IMG/VR virus record: IMGVR_UViG_3300009873_000010
Span: 7,212-71,211 of that record
Reading direction: 5' to 3' (one strand)
From: a virus
Lineage: Duplodnaviria; Caudoviricetes
DNA length: 64,000 nucleotides
The notes beneath the pieces are model-generated. The model did no database searches. It was not told the DNA's origin and saw nothing but the letters and a program-made list of their open reading frames with translations. The position numbers and the translations under genes were made by a program. How positions within the stretch are numbered: position 1 is the first letter of the stretch; each line of letters opens with the position of its first letter. Positions 36,525 to 45,043 of the stretch are shown in pieces.

Positions 36525-36565
36525 ACAGATAAGTGGCAGATGGTCACAGATAAGTGGCAGATAAG
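36525..36565. repeat. Tandem 17-bp direct repeat plus partial third copy
   Basis: ACAGATAAGTGGCAGAT at 36525-36541 and 36546-36562; CAGATAAG again at 36558-36565. Confidence 0.9.
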
Positions 36566-37049
36566 CAAAACGACGACGGGACGATGCCGCGCACAAAAAA
36601 AGTGCATAAAAACGGATTCTGTCGTGTCGGCTTGCAAGCCAGCAACGAAAAAAAAAGTTTTTGGCATGCTGGCTTGCAAGGCTTGTTAGGCATGCTGGCT
36701 ACATTTGCATTGTTAACGCAAGTAGGCCAGCTTGAGGTTTGCTGGATATTTGCATATCGTCATATAAGACGCAAAAGGCATAGCTTGCCCGCAGACTCGG
36801 CTAAATAGAGCAAGTTCTTTGACATACTGCAAACAAATAAGCAAACTAGCCGACAGCCTACGGATATTTCATAGAGCGAGCCTGCGAAATTCACCCCTAT
36901 GGATTAGATAGTTTATCATGCGGATAGATAAATGCCAGCAGGCTCGATCTTAGATAGGAAATTTGTGAGCCTAGGATTGACATTCTCGGAAATTCTCCAT
37001 ATATTTATATAGAGATTCAAAAATTAATTAATCAGTAAAATCTAAGCTA

Positions 37050-37475
37050 ATGCTAAAGTTCACAGACGGCGTTAATGTAGACACATCCGGCCCACTACGT
37101 AGGCTAAGATTAAAAGATGGCTTGTATGTAGTAGGGCAAGGTTCTTTGATTCCTATGAATGATATAGAGGACGCGAATGCATTCATACGAGAGCATACAG
37201 ACCCTCGCAGGCCCGATAGCATTTTCACGTTCGACCCTAATGACTTTGACTGGTCTGCTCCACCGCCTATGGTAAAAGAAATTTATGCAGACAAGCTGGC
37301 CGGCACTGAATTTCGGTATGCATCAGAAAACGAACTGGAGAAAATAAGTGAGGCTTTGAGCGAGGACTGCCCAATTGCAGAGAATACAGAGCGCGCAGTG
37401 TTGCTCTATGATACAGAGAACGGCTTTGTTATGCTCGACGAAAAAGAAGCAATGTTTCTTGTACCTATAAAATAA
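37050..37475 (+). CDS. Hypothetical protein
   Basis: 141 aa; ATTAATCA...AATCTAAG leader. Confidence 0.7.
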   Translation: MLKFTDGVNVDTSGPLRRLRLKDGLYVVGQGSLIPMNDIEDANAFIREHTDPRRPDSIFTFDPNDFDWSAPPPMVKEIYADKLAGTEFRYASENELEKISEALSEDCPIAENTERAVLLYDTENGFVMLDEKEAMFLVPIK

Positions 37476-37482
37476 AAATAGC

Positions 37483-37692
37483 ATGGATAAATTAAAATTA
37501 TTGCAAGCTGTGCTGCAAACAGAAGAATGTCGTACTGAGCTGGCTTGCGAGCTTGAAAAAGCTAAGACAACAGATTACGGGTACTCAGAAGAGGCAGAGG
37601 ACGAAGTGGCATACGATGTTTACGATATTAAATTTGCTGCTGAGCTAGCTGCAGAATATGTGCGTAAGCTTATCGCTCGTTTGCCTGAGTGA
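37483..37692 (+). CDS. Hypothetical acidic protein
   Basis: 69 aa. Confidence 0.65.
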   Translation: MDKLKLLQAVLQTEECRTELACELEKAKTTDYGYSEEAEDEVAYDVYDIKFAAELAAEYVRKLIARLPE

Positions 37693-37737
37693 CGAAAAAA
37701 AAAATAGTTTTAAGTTGGTTAATTTCATGATCTTGCG

Positions 37738-37767
37738 CAAGCTCGCCTACAAGCGGGCTTGTTTTTT
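37738..37767 (+). terminator. Intrinsic terminator
   Basis: CAAGCTCGC-ctacaa-GCGGGCTTG-TTTTTT. Confidence 0.8.
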
Positions 37768-37796
37768 AGCTGTTTTGATGCTAGCGACGAATGCCT

Positions 37797-38772
37797 GGAA
37801 TTTGCACGTATATGAGCCGACTGCGAAAGGCAGATTGCTCGCTGAGTTACGAGACTAGAAAAAGCTTGTAAGCTAGCCGACAGCCCTGGTATTTTGCGAC
37901 TTTGAAAAAAGCTGTAGAAAAATTTGACTTTTTGATTTTTTATTCATATCTTATACCCGAACTCAAAAAATTTAGGAATGACAGATTTGCAAAATTTAGT
38001 AAACGACGTGCAGTCTCGCAATGAGCTTGATGAGCTGCTAGAGACACTTTGCACAAGATACGAATTCTACTATCAGACTGTAGAGAGCGGGTTGGCTAAT
38101 GAAAAGCAGGCTGCTAGAATTTTCTACCCAGATACTGCAGAGGCATTTATTTTTTACGAGCTTGAGATTGACAGAGCCGCGTGGGGTGGCAGACCTGGAG
38201 ACGCCTATATGGCACTAGTTGTTTTGCATTATTGCAGAGGGCATTTGCAGGACATCTATGTGTCCAGAGAGACAGACCACGACGATGTAGCATTGTACAC
38301 GATGCCTTACTGACGAAAAAAAAAATTCCATATTAGATCACGTACCTGGGCATGCTGGGCAACTAGCATGCTCGTTTGCTGCAGGCCCTACAAGTAGGCC
38401 AGCTAGGAAAACTCGGAATTTGGCGAATGTATGCATGACTGCGACAGGCAGATTGCTTGTATGCTTGCAAACAAAAAAAAAGTTCGTATACTGGCCGACA
38501 GCTCCTGGCCACATAGCAAAAAAAGTACGCAGTCGGCAGGCCTACAGGCCGCGGCTTTTGCAGAATTGCTGTCTGCAGGCCTACTTTGCCCTGGCCGTTT
38601 TTGCCAGCTGCGTGGCGGCAAAAAAAATGCTATAAAAAAAAAAGTTTTGCAAGATTGCAATGCAGCACGCTGCATGTTTGCTACTTATCTGACCCTTCGG
38701 CATGCATGCTAGGCAAACTGACTTAACCTGGAATTTCGCCATGTGTGCGTTGGCTGCGAAAGGCAGATTGCT
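37797..38772 (+). repeat. Three copies of a 43-bp element GGAATTT-N17-CTGCGA(A/C)AGGCAGATTGCT
   Basis: 37797-37839, 38415-38457, 38730-38772, identical spacing. Confidence 0.9.
37978..38313 (+). CDS. Hypothetical protein
   Basis: 111 aa with its own promoter variant (37947). Confidence 0.7.
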   Translation: MTDLQNLVNDVQSRNELDELLETLCTRYEFYYQTVESGLANEKQAARIFYPDTAEAFIFYELEIDRAAWGGRPGDAYMALVVLHYCRGHLQDIYVSRETDHDDVALYTMPY

Positions 38773-38881
38773 GTCGGCTTTTAGACTTCGCGCAGAGTTC
38801 TGAAGTTTCAAAATTTATTGAAAGCTTCAGATAGAGAGGCGTGACGCCAGAGACGTCTGACGTCAAGCCTGCTCGAGTTTC

Positions 38882-39061
38882 CTACATAGTCGCGCGAATT
38901 TCTTCCATTTGACGAGTAAGTTCAGCATACTCGACGTAGCATCCATAGGAATAGAATAGAAAGAGCCCGACTATCAGCGCTATGAATAGATTGAAACAAC
39001 GCTCGAAAACAAGATGTTTGATGTCGATGAAGTAGGGAATGGGTAGGAAGCAGAGGTTCAT
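38882..39061 (-). CDS. 59-aa single-TM protein (not in ORF track)
   Basis: MNLCFLPIPYFIDIKHLVFERCFNLFIALIVGLFLFYSYGCYVEYAELTRQMEEIRATM*; - strand TATCTTTA box at 39094-39101 and conserved leader. Confidence 0.65.
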   Translation of the reverse strand: MNLCFLPIPYFIDIKHLVFERCFNLFIALIVGLFLFYSYGCYVEYAELTRQMEEIRATM

Positions 39062-39329
39062 GACTTTTAGATTTTTTGATTAATTTGATGTTATAAAGAT
39101 AAGACCTTTGATTAAAAGTTCAAAATATTTACTTAATTATTTTTAAACTTTTTTTAATTAATTCAGTTTTCTATAAATTCAAAGATGATAAAGGACATCA
39201 ATCTAGTTTTTCATAGTTTAGATCGAGCCTATTCGAGCAGAGGGGTCATCTGATATTATAATATAGGATGGATATTAGGATTGAGCCTGCTTGAACTATT
39301 ATTATAGGCGTATATAGTAACTACTTAAT

Positions 39330-39532
39330 ATGTTAAAATTTGAAAAAATATTCAAAAATTCTTGGAAAGCCCGATTAATCATCTTATCTTTGAATCATCA
39401 TTTAAAGAAATGATAAAGGGTTTTGAAAAGAGATTCAGGTCGGGTTGAAACACCTCAAATGTTAAAATTTGAAAAAAGATTCAAAATTTCTTGACAAACT
39501 CGATTATCTTTCTTATCTTTGAAACATCATTA
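39330..39532 (+). promoter_or_regulatory. Duplicated about 73-bp promoter unit (period 129 bp) with TTTGAA-N6-TTCAAA dyad
   Basis: ATGTTAAAATTTGAAAAAAnATTCAAAAnTTCTTG...CGATTA...TCTTATCTTTGAAnCATCATT at 39330-39402 and from 39459. Confidence 0.85.
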
Positions 39533-39555
39533 ATTAATCAATTAAATCTAAGATC

Positions 39556-40032
39556 ATGACTAACATTAAGGAAATGAACCAGCAGGAGCTTCAGGCCGCC
39601 ATCAATGAATTGAACGAGCGCAAGATTGAACTGAAAAACGCCAGAAAAGCGCTGGAAGACAGCCAGATGGCCTCGGACACAGAAGTCAACTGGACCTACC
39701 TGGACGAGGCTGGAGTCGAGCACGAACTGACTGAGGGCCTCTACGTCGAAACGTTCATCAATTCCAACTCTCCCGACTGGCTGAAGGCCCAGGGCTTCGA
39801 CTGCGGAATCATCGTCACGGTCTCGGCCACCTCACTCGGACTGCGTAACGCCCAAGGGCTGTGGATAAAGGTACAGAGAGCTGACGGATCGCGGGTATGG
39901 CGTAAGATGAACAGAATCTACAAAGCCCTCAAGACTGCCCCGAAAGCGTTCAAAGACCAGCAGACTGCCTACAAGAAGGAACTGGAAGCCGCTAAGGCGA
40001 ATACCGAGCCCAAGACTGACGCGAAAGCGTAA
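39556..40032 (+). CDS. Hypothetical protein, probably strongly expressed early
   Basis: N-terminal coiled coil; GC-richer codons; double promoter; downstream hairpin. Confidence 0.75.
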   Translation: MTNIKEMNQQELQAAINELNERKIELKNARKALEDSQMASDTEVNWTYLDEAGVEHELTEGLYVETFINSNSPDWLKAQGFDCGIIVTVSATSLGLRNAQGLWIKVQRADGSRVWRKMNRIYKALKTAPKAFKDQQTAYKKELEAAKANTEPKTDAKA

Positions 40033-40042
40033 CAGATGACGA

Positions 40043-40075
40043 CAGGACCCATCGGAGCAATCCGGTGGAGTCCTG
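40043..40075 (+). terminator. GNRA-tetraloop hairpin after 39556-40032
   Basis: CAGGAC-CCATCGGA-gcaa-TCCGGTGG-a-GTCCTG; weak U-tract. Confidence 0.5.
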
Positions 40076-40142
40076 GCGCTATTCAGTCTCACAGGCAAAC
40101 TTGCAGCTGAAACTGTTTATTAAACTTTTTAATATATCAGTC

Positions 40143-40466
40143 ATGTACATCATATATCACAAAGCCAAATTCACGCTATCAGACACGCCGCTTCCAGATG
40201 GTGCTAAAGTTGTCGGGGAATGCGGGCTGCACACAGAAGTGCACACCAACAAATGCGTATACGTTGCCATGGCAGCAATGGAGTTCCTTCATGAAGGCAC
40301 AGGCATAGGTTTAATGGTAGAGAACGACTTTGGTGTCTCGCAGCACGCACGTCACGCAAACCTCGTATTTCATCAACCCATGCTGTACGAGCATTTCTGC
40401 AACACATACCTGGACAAGCTAATAAAGAAGTACGTTCATGTCCCGCAGCTTCATTTCCGCTTCTGA
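40143..40466 (+). CDS. Hypothetical protein
   Basis: ATG 40143 after AT-rich leader. Confidence 0.6.
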   Translation: MYIIYHKAKFTLSDTPLPDGAKVVGECGLHTEVHTNKCVYVAMAAMEFLHEGTGIGLMVENDFGVSQHARHANLVFHQPMLYEHFCNTYLDKLIKKYVHVPQLHFRF

Positions 40467-40507
40467 AATATACCATGTGTGCGGGCTCATATCTAAATTA
40501 AGTTTAT

Positions 40508-41047
40508 ATGACAGACACTAATATTTTTGTAAATTTGCTAGACGCATGTAAAGCATGCAAGGAGCATTTGGAGAAAGAAGGCTACCCAGCAGGCTTTGCT
40601 GAAGCAGAGCATGCATTTATCGCGGCAATGTCGAGCGTCGCTAAGTTACTCAAAAGCTCTATCGAGCTGCATGACAATATAGGCGACGAATACTGGTATC
40701 GCGAAATTGTGGGTATCGTAGATGCTCAGCAGACACAAGAAACTGCAAATGAAGAGCATGCAATTGAGTTCACTGCGCAAGAGCTGGATGCGATAGAAGC
40801 TGGCGGCAGACAAGCTATGTTACTCAAAAAGCTATTGAGCAGCATTGAGCCAGGCACTAAGCATTGGGCAAACGACCCAGATCGCATTGATGCTGCAACT
40901 TACGCAGTAACAGCAGCTGCAGAAGAACGGAAACACTTAATTTACAAACTGTATGCTGCTCTTTTGACTAGCACAAAAGGCGAGACCCCTGAGTACTTGG
41001 CTACACGTGCAATTTTGGCAGCAGACACAATAATTAAGAAGCTATGA
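40508..41047 (+). CDS. Hypothetical protein
   Basis: 179 aa, helical. Confidence 0.7.
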   Translation: MTDTNIFVNLLDACKACKEHLEKEGYPAGFAEAEHAFIAAMSSVAKLLKSSIELHDNIGDEYWYREIVGIVDAQQTQETANEEHAIEFTAQELDAIEAGGRQAMLLKKLLSSIEPGTKHWANDPDRIDAATYAVTAAAEERKHLIYKLYAALLTSTKGETPEYLATRAILAADTIIKKL

Positions 41048-41250
41048 AGCGATTAACAGAAAAGCATACGTTGACACAAAAGCTACGGTTGTTAGAAGCA
41101 TTTCTTACTGAGCACGAGCTTGAGATATTTGTAGTAAGTGGCAGGCTCTACATACGTGATGACGAGCATGAAGCAGAGTACATCGACGCTGAGTCCAAAG
41201 AAGCGTGCACTGAGCTACCGCATCTGACAGAAACAACATTACGTCAATAA
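41044..41250 (+). CDS. Hypothetical protein
   Basis: 68 aa, ATGA overlap. Confidence 0.65.
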   Translation: MKRLTEKHTLTQKLRLLEAFLTEHELEIFVVSGRLYIRDDEHEAEYIDAESKEACTELPHLTETTLRQ

Positions 41251-41262
41251 AAGATTTGGAAA

Positions 41263-41499
41263 ATGGCTAAAAAATTCGTAAATTGCTCCTATTGCGATGT
41301 GTACACTACTAACCCATGCAATTGGTTCAGCTCGTGGACATGTCCGAACAACAAAAAGGAAACGCTAATCGAGTATTTACAAAATCTGCAAATATGCGAC
41401 ACGACTCACGTTCAATGGCAAACTATCTACGCGCCCACACGAATATATCTAGCGAAGCGTTGCGCGTGCTGTGCAAATTGCACGAACGCGACGACATAA
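41263..41499 (+). CDS. Small Cys-rich hypothetical protein
   Basis: CSYC...C...C; overlaps the next ORF. Confidence 0.4.
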   Translation: MAKKFVNCSYCDVYTTNPCNWFSSWTCPNNKKETLIEYLQNLQICDTTHVQWQTIYAPTRIYLAKRCACCANCTNATT

Positions 41500-41741
41500 A
41501 TACATGGTTCACTGCAGCATATAGCTCATATACGTTTTCATTTGAGCTACAATTGCCGCTAGAACATAAGCTGTATAATTTGCTATGTGAGAAAACACCT
41601 TTAAGGCATAAAGACTTCGAGTCTTTAGGCTTGAGTGTTAACACAGAGCTAGCTATAATCGAAATCATGCGGCTTGGCGCTGAGCTTAAGACTGCATTTG
41701 CTTCAGATCATTTAACACTTACAATTGAGTACAATGGCTAA
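41415..41741 (+). CDS. Hypothetical protein (start uncertain)
   Basis: MANYLRAH... in frame with track ORF 41316. Confidence 0.55.
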   Translation: MANYLRAHTNISSEALRVLCKLHERDDINTWFTAAYSSYTFSFELQLPLEHKLYNLLCEKTPLRHKDFESLGLSVNTELAIIEIMRLGAELKTAFASDHLTLTIEYNG

Positions 41742-42204
41742 CGAAAATTCAAAGCATGCTGGGTTCGAGCCGCGTCCGCACGCAAAAAAGTTCGACGGGC
41801 TGCGAGAGTACATTGCGTTCACTCGCACTACAGCTATCTACCCTCGCAAGATGGCATTTCTGGACGATGTTGTGTCTACAGAACCTGGTTTTACTACTGG
41901 GCCCATGGACGGTGAGCATCTGTTCGTAGTCGACTTTGAAGCGGCTTACGCAACTCTGGGCCTTGTCGGCGAAGCTGGCGAGATTGCGAACAAAGTGAAG
42001 AAAGTATATCGTGACCATGATGGCATGATACCACCTGTGCTAGCAGAGGAGCTGGTACGTGAGTGTGGCGATATGTTCTATTATTTTGCACGCGTTCTGG
42101 ACTGGCTTGGAGTAGACCCGCAGGAAGTTATTGACCAGAACATCAGCAAGCTGACGTCTCGCAAAGAGCGCAACGTGCTTAAAGGCTCCGGTGACACACG
42201 TTAA
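41734..42204 (+). CDS. mazG: MazG-like nucleotide pyrophosphohydrolase
   Basis: LGLVGEAGEIANKVKK, ECGDMFYY, NISKL.SRKERNVLKGSGD. Confidence 0.9.
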   Translation: MANENSKHAGFEPRPHAKKFDGLREYIAFTRTTAIYPRKMAFLDDVVSTEPGFTTGPMDGEHLFVVDFEAAYATLGLVGEAGEIANKVKKVYRDHDGMIPPVLAEELVRECGDMFYYFARVLDWLGVDPQEVIDQNISKLTSRKERNVLKGSGDTR

Positions 42205-42206
42205 AA

Positions 42207-43409
42207 ATGGATGCAAACTTACCATTTGAGGTTACTGATGTGTTTTGGATGACTGTAAAGGTCTGGGACGAGTATGATGTTATCGTACACCAGGGCGGTA
42301 CAAGCTCATCCAAAACATATTCTATTTTGCAATGGCTCGTATTGAAAGCTGTTGAGAAGCGCCGCGTCATAACGGTCATAGGTCAGGATATACCTAACCT
42401 AAAGGCAGGTGCTATGCGAGACTTAGAGACTATAGTCGCAGAGTCTGAAGTTGTGCAAGGGTGGATTACTCGCGTGCATCGTTCGGAGTTTCGCTGGGAG
42501 TTTTTTAATGGCTCCATAATGGAGTTTAAATCCTATAAGGATGGGCAGGATGCTAAATCAGGCAAGCGCGACATATCATTCTTCAATGAAGCTAATGGTA
42601 TCCTGCATGAAGTTTATGAAGAAATTGCAGTTCGTACAAAAGAGAAAGTGCTTCTTGACTTTAATGCTAACGCTGCTTTCTGGGTACACAAAAAGCTGCT
42701 TGGCGAACCAGGAGTTATTCGTTTGATTACGAACTATCGCCATAATCAGAAGATACCACCTAAAACGTTAAAGAAGATTCTACGTTATCGCTTGACTAAT
42801 GAGCATCGCTGGCGTGTTTATGGTTTAGGGCTTACTGGGCAAGTGGAAGGCATCATATTTCCTAACGTAGAATGGATAAAAGAAACAGAGTTCCCGTCAA
42901 TTGACAAATTGCAGAAGTTCGGCTACGGCTTGGACTATGGATATGCAAATGACCCACTTGCGCTTATAAGAGCTGGTATGTTTAATGGAAATGTATATGC
43001 GCAAGGTATGTTATATGGTACTGGCATAAGACTAGAAGAGATTGTACAAGCTCTTGAAACATGGCAAGTTAGCATTTACGACGAAATTGCTATGGACTCT
43101 ACGCAAGCTGCTGAGCAGGCAGAACTTCTTGCAGAAGAGCATCGTTACAATATAATAACAGCAAATCGTAGAGGTGGCTCAATCAATTCAGGCATAGGCT
43201 TATTGCTAGAGCAACCATTAATGATCGTGCACGACGAAGACTGGATTGCTGAGCAAGAGAACTACAAGTGGGTTACTAAGCGTGGTGAAACTTTACCACG
43301 GCCTGTAGACAAATACAATCACTACTGGGACGCACTACGCTACTGGGCTTTAGAAAAGCTAGGCGAACCAGAATTATCTGACTATAAACCAAGTGCTCAT
43401 GCCGTTTGA
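42207..43409 (+). CDS. terL: Terminase large subunit (PBSX/Terminase_3-like)
   Basis: HQGGTSSSKT, FFNEAN, LDFN, GLDYG, NHYWDALRY. Confidence 0.93.
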   Translation: MDANLPFEVTDVFWMTVKVWDEYDVIVHQGGTSSSKTYSILQWLVLKAVEKRRVITVIGQDIPNLKAGAMRDLETIVAESEVVQGWITRVHRSEFRWEFFNGSIMEFKSYKDGQDAKSGKRDISFFNEANGILHEVYEEIAVRTKEKVLLDFNANAAFWVHKKLLGEPGVIRLITNYRHNQKIPPKTLKKILRYRLTNEHRWRVYGLGLTGQVEGIIFPNVEWIKETEFPSIDKLQKFGYGLDYGYANDPLALIRAGMFNGNVYAQGMLYGTGIRLEEIVQALETWQVSIYDEIAMDSTQAAEQAELLAEEHRYNIITANRRGGSINSGIGLLLEQPLMIVHDEDWIAEQENYKWVTKRGETLPRPVDKYNHYWDALRYWALEKLGEPELSDYKPSAHAV

Positions 43410-43758
43410 ACCGTATTACGAACAATTCGATGATAGCTCTAAAAGTGCCATTAAAAGACAGCTAGATAAAGCATCAAGCGAATGGGGCATTACAAGCGAT
43501 GTAGACCCAGAAGGCTTAGGTGCACACGCTGCTGAGCCTGATGTTGTGCATGAAGGCATAGAGCTTACAGAGTTTGACAAATGGTATAACGAAGCTACGC
43601 AGCTTGTGCTTAAGATGCAGCAGCATCCATTTGCAGACTATCGTAAAAACAAATGGAAAAAGAAGCGCGGAGTTTGGTTACAAATGTACAATGAAGGCGC
43701 TACACCAGCTCAAGCTGCAAATTTGTGGGGCCTAAACCATCAAAAACCATTAAGATGA
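43399..43758 (+). CDS. Hypothetical protein
   Basis: Overlaps terL stop. Confidence 0.6.
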   Translation: MPFEPYYEQFDDSSKSAIKRQLDKASSEWGITSDVDPEGLGAHAAEPDVVHEGIELTEFDKWYNEATQLVLKMQQHPFADYRKNKWKKKRGVWLQMYNEGATPAQAANLWGLNHQKPLR

Positions 43759-44084
43759 AACACTTTATGCTCTGTGTATGTCTGCTTATGCTATGTAGCT
43801 GCAAAAGTAACTATTATTCAAAGCAGTACTTTAATCGCACTGTGCGGCATGCTTCGCCTGAGCTAAGATTGCAGATGCGAGACGTTATCGACTGTCTATG
43901 GACTAATTATGCAGAACAAGGATATTCTGATACAGAAATATTTGGAAAATTGTGCAAAGAGGTTTATATTGCGGAATTAAATATGTATAACGCAATTAAA
44001 ACTTCACCTTATGAAACTGTATCTCATGCTTATGCTGTTTTTGGCAGCACTCGTATCATGCAATACAAGCACATCCGGCCCTAA
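43755..44084 (+). CDS. Putative lipoprotein
   Basis: MKHFMLCVCLLMLCS|C lipobox-like. Confidence 0.55.
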   Translation: MKHFMLCVCLLMLCSCKSNYYSKQYFNRTVRHASPELRLQMRDVIDCLWTNYAEQGYSDTEIFGKLCKEVYIAELNMYNAIKTSPYETVSHAYAVFGSTRIMQYKHIRP

Positions 44085-44490
44085 TGTAGCTTCTGCACCA
44101 ACAGCTGTAGACACTCTGCAAGCAAACAAAGACACGCTGGTCACGCAAGTGCGAGCTTTGTATAAAGCTGCAAAGCAATTGCAAGCTACAAAGCAAACTT
44201 TTGAAGAGCGCATCTTGCGTGACTCCTTCCTGCTGTCTAAAAGGCCACTTCTTCACACAGTAAAATTTCGCGTGATTCAGGATGCAATCCAGTGCGATTC
44301 GTCTGCGACAGCCTCGCGAAACACAATCGTCTTTGACTTACCCGTTGACTTACACTTTTACGACAAATGCTCTGTAGGCCAGGTCATAGCAGCTGACATG
44401 GACCTTGGCCAGGGCTTTACGTTCTCCGGCGAGCTCGAAGGGTGGTCGATCATTATCGTTGACAAGAAAATCCTTACTAAGAATGACTAG
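44011..44490 (+). CDS. Putative lipoprotein
   Basis: MKLYLMLMLFLAALVS|C lipobox; coiled coil then beta domain. Confidence 0.65.
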   Translation: MKLYLMLMLFLAALVSCNTSTSGPNVASAPTAVDTLQANKDTLVTQVRALYKAAKQLQATKQTFEERILRDSFLLSKRPLLHTVKFRVIQDAIQCDSSATASRNTIVFDLPVDLHFYDKCSVGQVIAADMDLGQGFTFSGELEGWSIIIVDKKILTKND

Positions 44491-45043
44491 CCTAGCAAGC
44501 ATACTCAAAGAAAAGCGTAGTAGCTTTGCAAATGAGCTTGTGTACAATGTAGCGCTTGCACATGCAGAGCTCGAAGAGCAATACACGCAAGCTCGCCAGG
44601 GCAATGTGCTCGTAGGTCATTTCATTGGGCTAGCGCAAACGTTCACAACAGATTCTACAGTGCTGCTCGAAGCGCTACAGGAGTACGATAAGCGTATTGC
44701 TGCTGCAGCCGCAATGGCAAAGCCTAATGTAAGCAGGCTCACTCGCGTTGTAGATCGCAATCCAGGCAACACTCGCTCAGCTTTGTCTGGCACTAACAGC
44801 GATCCAGGCTGTAGAACTTGCGGAAAGGCTAAAGAGCAGTCGGCCAGCGTGCGTGCCAGTAAAGAAGCAGCAGAGGACTGGGGCTTCACTCCTAAAACTA
44901 CTGATGACGTGTTAAAAGAGTTCGGAGGTGATCTTGAGTCTCTGCAAGAGTTCACTAAAGCTTACGACATTGACGTAGGTAAGTGCAAAACTCCAGACTG
45001 CATTGCTGCAAAGATACTCGAAGCTCATGAAGCTAAGAATTAA
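44483..45043 (+). CDS. Hypothetical protein
   Basis: Start ATG 44483; CRTC motif; C-terminal short helical domain. Confidence 0.65.
   Translation: MTSLASILKEKRSSFANELVYNVALAHAELEEQYTQARQGNVLVGHFIGLAQTFTTDSTVLLEALQEYDKRIAAAAAMAKPNVSRLTRVVDRNPGNTRSALSGTNSDPGCRTCGKAKEQSASVRASKEAAEDWGFTPKTTDDVLKEFGGDLESLQEFTKAYDIDVGKCKTPDCIAAKILEAHEAKN

Noticed and set aside
37797-38772. Known riboswitch or ribozyme (c-di-GMP-I, hammerhead)
   Set aside because: GAAA loops are present but the required core motifs are not
38403-38811. ORFs called in the 38.4-38.8 kb spacer
   Set aside because: They translate A-tracts and repeat motifs, lack leaders, and overlap on both strands
36480-38830. CRISPR or mini-CRISPR array
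   Set aside because: Repeats are irregularly spaced (315-618 bp), not repeat-spacer units of constant length; no cas genes
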